Below, piece by piece: positions 56,580 through 63,999 of a DNA stretch of 64,000 nucleotides. The stretch lies in the IMG/VR virus record IMGVR_UViG_3300037041_001930, one strand, 5' to 3'. Below the pieces are notes generated by a model. It was not told the origin of the DNA, made no database searches, and worked only from the letters and a program-made list of their open reading frames with translations. Position 1 is the stretch's first letter; each line of letters begins with the position of its first letter. The translations under genes were made by a program, and so were the position numbers. The stretch is from a virus. Its lineage: Duplodnaviria > Caudoviricetes.

Positions 56580-56739
56580 CGAGTCGTCCTTTGGGGTCCA
56601 GACGACAGACCACCTGTGGTGTCCGGATGCGATCCGTAGACGCCACGGTGAGGTCTGAGAGCGGGGCCCGGTATCTCGGGGTGGGATAGGCACGGCGAAT
56701 CACGGCGCGGGGGCTCTGGGATAAGTACATGTCCCCAGT

Positions 56740-57021
56740 CTATTCAGATGGCTTCGCTGGGCTACTGGTGGTACCCGCACGGGTACCCGAGTTCGTGTAC
56801 ATGTCCTCGGCGATGGCGTCCACATGGGAATCCAGCCAGTCAATACAGTGCTCGGTGAAATCGCGATGCAGCTTCGCCGCGGTCGCGCACCTCTTGAGAT
56901 CCTGCAGGTAACTCGCCAGGGCACATTTCAGCTCACTGATCTCTTCACGTCTGGTGAGCTCGGCGCGCAGGGTATCCACGGGATACTTGGCGAGTTCAGG
57001 TGGAATCGGTCGTGTAGCCAT
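56740..57021 (-). CDS. small helical hypothetical protein
   Basis: AAGGAG RBS. Confidence 0.6.
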   Translation of the reverse strand: MATRPIPPELAKYPVDTLRAELTRREEISELKCALASYLQDLKRCATAAKLHRDFTEHCIDWLDSHVDAIAEDMYTNSGTRAGTTSSPAKPSE

Positions 57022-57059
57022 TGGCTTCTCCTTTTGAGTTGGTTGTTAATAAAACTGGG

Positions 57060-57093
57060 GTCGACTCGCCGAGTACGGCATCAGCGAGTCGAC
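57060..57093. promoter_or_regulatory. intergenic hairpin
   Basis: 10-bp inverted repeat GTCGACTCGC / GCGAGTCGAC. Confidence 0.35.
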
Positions 57094-57101
57094 TGGGGGT
57101 C

Positions 57102-57236
57102 CTAGCCCTTCCAGGGATGACCACGAAAGCCTCTTAGCGCCCAGACCACGAGGATCACGATGAGCGCAAAGATGGCAAACTTGAGTACGATATATGCGAG
57201 TGCAACGAGCACGAGCACTTTGATGACGGGCGCCAT
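57102..57236 (-). CDS. small membrane protein (44 aa)
   Basis: MAPVIKVLVLVALAYIVLKFAIFALIVILVVWALRG; AAGGA RBS. Confidence 0.55.
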   Translation of the reverse strand: MAPVIKVLVLVALAYIVLKFAIFALIVILVVWALRGFRGHPWKG

Positions 57237-57316
57237 ACAGGTTTCCTTGAGGCCATGGGGCCACAGGAGGTGAGGGTGCTGGCATTGCTGCCACACCGAT
57301 TTACCATGAGTCAACC

Positions 57317-59161
57317 ATGGTAGAGTTTGCATCCAAGGAGGTCGCGAGTCTCGGGCACGATCCAGTGCCCCCGAGATACGCCGACGCCCTTGAACAAATT
57401 AGAAAGATGAGACTGGCCAGCCCCAATATGCCATTGTCGGCTGCGCTGCCCCTGATTTTCAGGTTGAAGGGTAAACCATACTCAATCGCGAATACCCATT
57501 TCCTCTTCGAGCACGAATACGCCACACACAACATTCCACGACGCCAGATCGATAAGGCGGGGCGTCAGCTCTCCAAGTCCACCAACAAGGCCGCCGGGAG
57601 TATCATCAGGGCGGCATGCCACCCCTATTACAACTTGCTCTCGGTGACCCCACTGTTCGAGCAGATCCGCAAGTTCTCGAATAACTATATTCGACCGTTC
57701 CTGCAAGAATCCATCGTGAAGTCCCGGCTCATGGATAATCGAGGGGATCAGCAGGTTCTCCAGCGCACCCTTGGCAACGGCAGTAACCTGTTCTACAACT
57801 ATGCCGCGAACTCCGCTGACCGCATAAGAGGCACGAGTGCCGACGAAATCGCTATAGACGAATGTCAGGACTTCGACATCGATGTCCTCCCGGTTATCCA
57901 GAGCTGTCTGGACGCCTCACAGTACAAACTCGAGAGATATGCGGGGACCCCGAAAACATTTGATAATCCCCTAGAAGTCTACTGGGAACAGTCATCCCAG
58001 GGCATCTGGCATATCCCGTGTCAGGAAACCGGGTGCAAGCACGAAAATGTGTGCAGTGTCGAAGGCGACCTCCTCAATATGATCGGGGATAACTCGAGAC
58101 GTCGTGACGGCTCCGTGCGCACCCTGATGTGTGCGAAGTGCGGGGGTGCCCTGGATTCCAGGCTTGGCTACTTCATCCATAGATTCCCAGAACGCAGGTT
58201 GACCTTCGCGGGGTACCATGAACCCCAGGTCGTCTTTCCCATGCACTACACGTCGCCGTTGTCGTGGGATAAGATCATGGATACCATGCACAACAAACCC
58301 AAGTATATCTTCTATAACGAAGTCCTTGGGGAGAGTTATGACACCGGCCAGAAGTTGATGACGATCAAGGATCTCACCGCTGCGGGCACCGCGAAATACA
58401 TTCGGCCCTCACAGTACGTGAAGAACAACTGGGTCGCCAGCATTCTTGGGGTCGACTGGGGCGGCAAGGGGCGTGAGAAGACAACGGACACCGAAGAGTT
58501 CATCTCGAATACCGCACTCGCCTTGGCAGGGATCACCGCGGATGGCACCATCACGATATCCTGGGGATACGCGGTACCCTATGCCGCCGATCACTTCGCC
58601 GAGGCCAGCATGGTCAAGGAAGCCGCGGTGACCGCTGGGGTCAACTATATCGCACATGACTACGGCGGTGCCGGAAATGTTCACGAAAGTATTTTAACCC
58701 ACATGGGCTGGCCAACCGACATGTTGTGCCCATTCACGTATATGTCGTGCCCCAATAAAAACGTGGTCAGCTATACGCCGGCTGGTGAAGCCGGGGTACG
58801 TGACTACTGGGCACTCGATAAAGCCAGAAGCCTCCTGATGCTCTGCGAACTCATAAAATGCGGGAAGATTAAGTTCGCGGCCTACGAGGGCCCCATGGTA
58901 CCCTTGATGAACGACTTCCTGTCAATCTTCGAGGAAGTCCGCGATAACCCCAGGGGTCAAGCTCTCCGCTTGGTACACCGGATCTCGAAGCGACACGATG
59001 ACTTCGTGCATGCCGTGAACTTCGCAGTCATGGCGCTGTACCATCACTGCCAGAAGTGGCCGGATACCGCGCAGGCCTGGCACAAGATGCGGGAGATGGT
59101 GGCCTCAGACGGCACCATGGAATCCATGGATCGTCAGTGGTTACCTGAAGACGTCCGCTGA
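57317..59161 (+). CDS. terL: terminase large subunit (GpA-like)
   Basis: GRQLSKST (Walker A variant), RIRG..AIDECQD, GTPKT, CxxxxC/CxxC Zn module, nuclease LGVDWG and HDDFVHA. Confidence 0.9.
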   Translation: MVEFASKEVASLGHDPVPPRYADALEQIRKMRLASPNMPLSAALPLIFRLKGKPYSIANTHFLFEHEYATHNIPRRQIDKAGRQLSKSTNKAAGSIIRAACHPYYNLLSVTPLFEQIRKFSNNYIRPFLQESIVKSRLMDNRGDQQVLQRTLGNGSNLFYNYAANSADRIRGTSADEIAIDECQDFDIDVLPVIQSCLDASQYKLERYAGTPKTFDNPLEVYWEQSSQGIWHIPCQETGCKHENVCSVEGDLLNMIGDNSRRRDGSVRTLMCAKCGGALDSRLGYFIHRFPERRLTFAGYHEPQVVFPMHYTSPLSWDKIMDTMHNKPKYIFYNEVLGESYDTGQKLMTIKDLTAAGTAKYIRPSQYVKNNWVASILGVDWGGKGREKTTDTEEFISNTALALAGITADGTITISWGYAVPYAADHFAEASMVKEAAVTAGVNYIAHDYGGAGNVHESILTHMGWPTDMLCPFTYMSCPNKNVVSYTPAGEAGVRDYWALDKARSLLMLCELIKCGKIKFAAYEGPMVPLMNDFLSIFEEVRDNPRGQALRLVHRISKRHDDFVHAVNFAVMALYHHCQKWPDTAQAWHKMREMVASDGTMESMDRQWLPEDVR

Positions 59162-59577
59162 CGTGGAATCGCCATCTCGCTGACTTCTCGGGCCCCCGCG
59201 GCCACCGCACCCGGGATACGAATCCCGGGGAGCCCAGCGATGATCTCCCCTTTAATCGGAGTATAGACGCCATCCTTGAGGACATTGGAGTCCGAGGGGC
59301 ATCTATAGATCCTATAGGCATTCGCGGACATCACGGTGACCAAGCGGCCGCCCTCAGTGCGCACTAGCCAGATATTGTTGCCACGGACGACCACGGAGAC
59401 GTAGAAGCGCTCCCCGAACTCCTTGAAGACCTCACGAGGGATCTTGATGATCGTCGGAGTAATCTTGAGGAGGTCGGAGCCCTTCTGGGGGCCCCGAACC
59501 CTCGTGGGTCTGAGATCAACGATGTTGAAGGCGTCAGGAGGCAACAGCTCCGCAAGCCTGGAACTTTTGACGAGCAT
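59134..59577 (-). CDS. hypothetical protein
   Basis: MLVKSSR; 3' end overlaps the terminase stop by 28 nt (convergent). Confidence 0.55.
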   Translation of the reverse strand: MLVKSSRLAELLPPDAFNIVDLRPTRVRGPQKGSDLLKITPTIIKIPREVFKEFGERFYVSVVVRGNNIWLVRTEGGRLVTVMSANAYRIYRCPSDSNVLKDGVYTPIKGEIIAGLPGIRIPGAVAAGAREVSEMAIPRQRTSSGNH

Positions 59578-59977
59578 GGAGGGCTTCCTGTATGATGGGG
59601 AGATGTTCGTATCTGGACTCCCAGGTCCACGAGATCTCGTAGCCCCGGGTCTCAAACCAGGTAATGAATCTCCAGTCCGAGGCCAGGTTTCGCTTCCAGG
59701 GATTAACACCAGCAGTGATGACATCCGGGGCATCCGTGATGCAAAGAACCTGCGGGTGCAGTTTCTTGAGATCCGCGTTGTGCGTGTTGTGCCACCACTG
59801 AATCGCAGCAGCAAACGGCATGACGTCGGCGTCGTCCTGGGTGGCCTCGGCACTGCCGTCCACGATCTTTTTCTTCTCCCCGGTACTCGGGACAATAATG
59901 AACGCAGCCCAGCCGACAGGACCACCCCAACGGGCTCCCACGGCTCCACCAATCACGATGAGATCTGGCTGCGACAT
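59534..59977 (-). CDS. RNase HI-fold protein, apparently catalytically degenerate
   Basis: GPVGWAAFII, ATQDDAD, LCITDA, ISWTWE follow the RNase HI layout; first Asp is Gly, last Asp is Ala. Confidence 0.65.
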   Translation of the reverse strand: MSQPDLIVIGGAVGARWGGPVGWAAFIIVPSTGEKKKIVDGSAEATQDDADVMPFAAAIQWWHNTHNADLKKLHPQVLCITDAPDVITAGVNPWKRNLASDWRFITWFETRGYEISWTWESRYEHLPIIQEALHARQKFQACGAVAS

Positions 59978-60005
59978 GACTCCCAGTAAATCATGTTTCT
60001 TAGTT

Positions 60006-60164
60006 CTGTCTACCCCGAAAGTCTCCAGCGTCGAGACTTTCGCGGACAGGAGAGGTCATAGGTAAAGAAAACACTATGCCCCCTCCGATACCACTGGGGA
60101 CACCAGCGATATCAGAGGGGGCACGTGTTTAACTTTTCATAATGAAGCCCGAGGGCTTATTATG
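60006..60164 (-). promoter_or_regulatory. three consecutive intergenic hairpins (terminator/processing-like)
   Basis: 10-bp stem 60016-60042, 9-bp stem 60077-60123 followed by GTGTTTTCTTT on minus strand, stem 60138-60164. Confidence 0.5.
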
Positions 60165-60351
60165 TCCCGGCGAGAGCCGGGCGGGCCTCGAGGCCCGATT
60201 TGTCGGTGTCGACCCGACGGAGCTGCCATTTCGCGGCTCCCTTGCGGCACATGGGCTCCCCATGAGGACCCCTGACGATCACCCACATGTATCCCGAGGG
60301 CGGGTGGTTTGGTTGTGATTTCGCCCATTGGACATTACGTGTAATAGTCAT
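60160..60351 (-). CDS. small protein, paralog of 62800..62910
   Basis: SQPNHPPSGYMWVIVR..WQL; GGAGG RBS. Confidence 0.55.
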   Translation of the reverse strand: MTITRNVQWAKSQPNHPPSGYMWVIVRGPHGEPMCRKGAAKWQLRRVDTDKSGLEARPALAGT

Positions 60352-61136
60352 ACTGCCTCCGCTTCAACTCCCTGAGTTGCGAAAACCCGCAGGGCATCGA
60401 TGACGCCTGCGGGTGCCCGCCCCGTGTTTACCGCCGCACGAATCCGCGGCATGATCACTGCAATGAAGTCTTCCTTGGCGAGACCCAATTTGGGAACCGC
60501 ACCGAGGGCAGTGGCCATACGACGGAGATCCAGGAGACGCATGGTCTCCAGGGCTTCCGGGGATGCCACGACTTCGAGGAGGACACACGCTTCCTCTTCC
60601 AATGCCTCGACTTCAGTCTTCGGGAGATCGTTGATATCAACGTACCCCCGGGGCTGCTTCCTGGACACCAGCGCAGCGCCGACTGCGGGTGCCCACACCC
60701 GGTCTTCACTTCTCCGCTGAATACGGAGACGCCGGGTGGCCATGCCAATGCGAGGCGACGACCACAGCGAGACGAACTCGTTGGCCTCCGCGGCATCTGG
60801 ATTCGCCGCAAAGGCCTTTCCGGCCGCCATGGTACGAATCCGTTCGCCAACCAGGGTTTCCTGGTCGTCGACGGTTTCCGAGACCTGGTAGCCGAGATCG
60901 ACGCCATCGGCGTAGACCTTGTAGACATTCAGGCACCCGACATGTGGGACTTGAACTTTTCCGGATTCCACGATCCGGGAAACAATCTTGGTAGCCCCGG
61001 ATGCCCGGAGCAAGAGATCACTTCCAATTTGGATTTTGGGATTGCTGGAACGAAGACCTTTTTTCATGGTCTCCGCGGCCAGACTACTGAGGGATTCAAC
61101 GCTGTCCCGATTAGGGAATGTATTAACTGAGTTCAT
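60348..61136 (-). CDS. hypothetical protein with C-terminal Rho-N/HeH-like motif
   Basis: LETMRLLDLRRMATALG..LAKEDFIAVI; AAGGAG RBS. Confidence 0.65.
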   Translation of the reverse strand: MNSVNTFPNRDSVESLSSLAAETMKKGLRSSNPKIQIGSDLLLRASGATKIVSRIVESGKVQVPHVGCLNVYKVYADGVDLGYQVSETVDDQETLVGERIRTMAAGKAFAANPDAAEANEFVSLWSSPRIGMATRRLRIQRRSEDRVWAPAVGAALVSRKQPRGYVDINDLPKTEVEALEEEACVLLEVVASPEALETMRLLDLRRMATALGAVPKLGLAKEDFIAVIMPRIRAAVNTGRAPAGVIDALRVFATQGVEAEAV

Positions 61137-61203
61137 GATAGACTCCTTCTTGCGCTGCTAAGGCGCAGTGAGGTTGTGCTGACCCCGTGGGGTTGCAGCG
61201 GGT

Positions 61204-61428
61204 TTAGATTTCCCGGACATCGCCACCAAGAGCGGTGACGAGGCCTCCCACGGCGATGCCGCCACCAATGGCAACAATCGCAACGGGGATGAATGCGGCT
61301 TCATCGGGACAGATCCCGACGACGGCGCAGGCAACGATGGCGACTACGAAGGCTACACCAGCCATGACGGCACAGTTGCACCCCATAGTCTTGATGGCGT
61401 CCATCGTAGTTATTTCCTTGTCGCTCAT
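61204..61428 (-). CDS. small two-TM membrane protein
   Basis: Two hydrophobic segments; ATGA overlap. Confidence 0.55.
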   Translation of the reverse strand: MSDKEITTMDAIKTMGCNCAVMAGVAFVVAIVACAVVGICPDEAAFIPVAIVAIGGGIAVGGLVTALGGDVREI

Positions 61429-61802
61429 GGCAGGATTCCACGGTTGTGGCTGACAACTGCGAGATACAGGCGGGCGGCTTGAGTCGCCGCCTTGGTGGTC
61501 TTGGCGAGCATGGCCTTGCGGCCGCGAAGCCAGGACTCACTCCTGGGGTTGTAGGCCGGGGTGCCCTGCTTACGCCGCAGGGAAGTCTCGGCGCCACGGA
61601 CAACACCATTCGCAAATGTTAAACGGGATTCCCAGTGGGGCATCCCTTTAAGATTCGGTTTCAAACCCACGGCGCGTTCGCACCGTGCAACAGCTTCTTC
61701 GACGAGGTGCAAGGCCTCGCGGAAGGCGACATCAGGGTGGGCACCAGGCAGGACCTGGATCAGGGCTTCATGGGTGGACAGCAGGGCTTCGATACTCGAC
61801 AT
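61425..61802 (-). CDS. hypothetical protein
   Basis: MSSIEA with AAGGA RBS. Confidence 0.6.
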   Translation of the reverse strand: MSSIEALLSTHEALIQVLPGAHPDVAFREALHLVEEAVARCERAVGLKPNLKGMPHWESRLTFANGVVRGAETSLRRKQGTPAYNPRSESWLRGRKAMLAKTTKAATQAARLYLAVVSHNRGILP

Positions 61803-61889
61803 GGTGTTTTCCTTTGTGCGCACGCGGCGCATTGAGGGTTAGCAAGGCGCACACACAACGGCGTGGTGCACACAAGAAGACTCGGGGGG

Positions 61890-61962
61890 ACCACCCCTGA
61901 TGCCCGGACTTGAGACCGGGTCCACTTTCGTGGAGGCCTTACAACTCAGGGGTGGTGAGTTG
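61890..61962 (-). promoter_or_regulatory. switch-like multi-stem RNA element
   Basis: 11-bp outer stem enclosing two adjacent hairpins (one with GAAA loop on minus); mutually exclusive 7-bp alternative stem. Confidence 0.4.
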
Positions 61963-61970
61963 CTCTCGGA

Positions 61971-62228
61971 TTAAAATCTCCGCTCAACCGTCAACATTTC
62001 TTCAATCCCCGTGGGTCCCATGGCTTGGTCAGGCATGTCCTCAAGGATCTGGAACTGCTCACGCACCGACAGCTTTCGCCAGAGATGGCGCAGCATGTGG
62101 TGTTGGGCATGCCCAGCTGACCACTTGCGGTCGTCTGGATTCTTCGTGTAGTCTCGGTCAAACTCCTTCCATCCCGTGATGAAGGCTTGTGCCATGCCAC
62201 TTAGGGCCGGCGGTGCGGTTGCTTCCAC
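61971..62228 (-). CDS. hypothetical protein
   Basis: GTG start with AAGGAG RBS. Confidence 0.55.
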   Translation of the reverse strand: MEATAPPALSGMAQAFITGWKEFDRDYTKNPDDRKWSAGHAQHHMLRHLWRKLSVREQFQILEDMPDQAMGPTGIEEMLTVERRF

Positions 62229-62280
62229 TTTACTCTCCTTGCCCCAAAGGGGCCGTGATGCCGGGATCCGCCGGCGCGGT

Positions 62281-62361
62281 TTAGAGACGAAAATAAAACG
62301 ACCCCGAGGGCACGTGGCCCCCGGGGTCTGTGATGCCCTGGTTTCCCAGGGCGGCTTGCAT
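62281..62361 (-). CDS. candidate 26-aa leader peptide
   Basis: AAGGAGG RBS, MQAALGNQGITDPRGHVPSGSFYFRL; contains a terminator-like hairpin. Confidence 0.3.
   Translation of the reverse strand: MQAALGNQGITDPGGHVPSGSFYFRL
62291..62328 (-). terminator. intrinsic terminator-like hairpin
   Basis: GACCCCG/CGGGGTC stem with one G-U on minus strand, followed by GTTTTATTTT. Confidence 0.55.
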
Positions 62362-62399
62362 GACACGCCTCCTTATTGGTATTTCGCTAGTGTGACGGC

Positions 62400-62582
62400 C
62401 TAGGCCGCCACTGCAGGTTCGAGTTGCGCCCGGAGCTCAGCGATCTCCTCAGAGATCGCGAACGTGTCTAAGCCGCGATCACTGCGATGATCGTATTCGG
62501 CCTCGAGCTCTTCGATTCGCAGTTGGATATCCCGTCGACGCAGGATATCATCGACTTCTTCGCAGTTATTTCGATAATCCAT
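62400..62582 (-). CDS. small acidic hypothetical protein
   Basis: MDYRNN with AAGGA RBS. Confidence 0.6.
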   Translation of the reverse strand: MDYRNNCEEVDDILRRRDIQLRIEELEAEYDHRSDRGLDTFAISEEIAELRAQLEPAVAA

Positions 62583-62649
62583 GGTCTGTTCCTTTTTAAG
62601 CTGGGTGGGTGAGCATGACTTCCGCTTTGCCAGACAATGAGTCATAGCA

Positions 62650-62758
62650 AAAAAGAAAGTCACGCCCACCCAACTATGACGCCTCTTTCGAGAGCGGTCA
62701 TAGTTGGGTGGGCGTGACTTCGTATAAAAAGGTTCGTCTTGCGACGATAACTTTTTTT
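62650..62758 (-). terminator. tandem terminator-like hairpins
   Basis: Perfect 24-bp stem 62657-62720 followed by TCTTTTTT on minus strand; second hairpin with GCAA loop and T-run. Confidence 0.65.
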
Positions 62759-62799
62759 ATGGATTATCTTTAACGTCCCTCCAAGGGGGACAAGGACAC

Positions 62800-62910
62800 C
62801 TACAGGGGTTTGAGTTTCCAAACCGCCCCGTCGGTGTCCTGCCGAATGAATACCCAGTGGTACCCATTCGGGGCTTGGGGAGGCTGGCTCCCCTTATGGG
62901 TGCGCTTCAT
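62800..62910 (-). CDS. 36-aa protein, paralog of 60160..60351
   Basis: SQPPQAPNGYHWVFIR..WKL; start may be further upstream. Confidence 0.45.
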   Translation of the reverse strand: MKRTHKGSQPPQAPNGYHWVFIRQDTDGAVWKLKPL

Positions 62911-63047
62911 GGCGTACCCTTTCCGCCGCTTTAGGCCCGGCCGGCCAATGCGCTCGTCTTTTACGCCGGGGGCGGCGACGTCCTCTGCGTTTATAGGGGC
63001 TTGGAACCCTCGATCTGACATCAGACAGATCGGCCGCATTACGTCAT

Positions 63048-63360
63048 AAAAAACTTGGGCAGTTTAACGACCTACCCAGGTCGTGGTGTTTCGTACACCT
63101 GAGTCCTCGGCTGCCGGCACAACACGGCGGGACCACGTATCTCAACAGTGGACAGTGAGTTCAGTGGGCTGTACGGCCCACCTTATCAGGCACCCAGCAC
63201 GGTCTCGCGACGCGTCTGTCCTGGTGCCAGCTACCCCCTCGATAACCCAGGGTAGCCAATTACCTTGCCGGAATACAAGGCGTGACCTTGTTTCAGGGAC
63301 GAGTCCCTGCCTTAATAATAAATAAGATTCCAAGCCTTTTAACGACCTGCTCAGGTCAAA
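63048..63360 (-). ncRNA. candidate structured non-coding RNA (~315 nt)
   Basis: No convincing ORF; at least 7 short helices in series, possible 6-bp pseudoknot, ends in hairpin + T6 on minus strand. Confidence 0.4.
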
Positions 63361-63366
63361 GCCTTA

Positions 63367-63681
63367 TCAGCCTGCTGCGAGGACCCCCTGCGCTGCGGCA
63401 GAACGTCGCAGCGCTTCACACATCGACTGGCACGCTGTCCAGTCGATGTGGTGGGTGCACTCCGCGTCGTCCCATACAAACGGGGCATCCCCTTTAGTGA
63501 TGTCCTTCTGCCTGGCGATCCTTGCCAGCGCGGAGACGCAGCTCCTTACGTTCTGGTCCCCTCCCCATTTTTTAACCATATACAGATCGTGCTCCAGCTG
63601 AGCATCTGATCCGAAGGCTCCATACGGTTTCGGGAAGCTGGCGAGAACGGCCTCCGCTGTCATAATAATCATGCTCTTCAT
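63367..63681 (-). CDS. hypothetical protein
   Basis: MKSMII with AAAGGA RBS. Confidence 0.6.
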   Translation of the reverse strand: MKSMIIMTAEAVLASFPKPYGAFGSDAQLEHDLYMVKKWGGDQNVRSCVSALARIARQKDITKGDAPFVWDDAECTHHIDWTACQSMCEALRRSAAAQGVLAAG

Positions 63682-63737
63682 GCACTGTCCTTTCATAACG
63701 AGGTGAACCCACAGGGATCCAAAGCGGACCCCTATAG

Positions 63738-63999
63738 CAAGACAACCCTTGCACAGTGAAGTGCAAGGGTTGTCTTGGTGGGTGATGGAGATGTGGGTAC
63801 TGGGGTGAGCCAGAACTACTTAGGTCCATCACTATAATATACGACAAAACGGGGTTTTATTTAGGTAACCCCCTGGCGGGGGTCTATTTACGCTTACAAG
63901 CCTTATTTTAGACCCCATAAGGGCATGGACGTTAATCCGCCTGGATTAACGTGATTCCAGACCCCCGGCAGGGGTATTCACCTGGAGAAGTGAATACCC
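63738..63999. repeat. cluster of inverted repeats (17-bp, 6-bp, 10-bp, 5-bp and 10-bp stems)
   Basis: 63738-63777, 63868-63883, 63929-63952, 63961-63975, 63972-63999 with AT-rich linkers; continues to window edge. Confidence 0.7.

Noticed and set aside
61890-61956. Hammerhead ribozyme (CTGATG and GAAA both nearby)
   Set aside because: CUGANGA is incomplete, and CTGATG and GAAA are on opposite strands, so the topology does not fit
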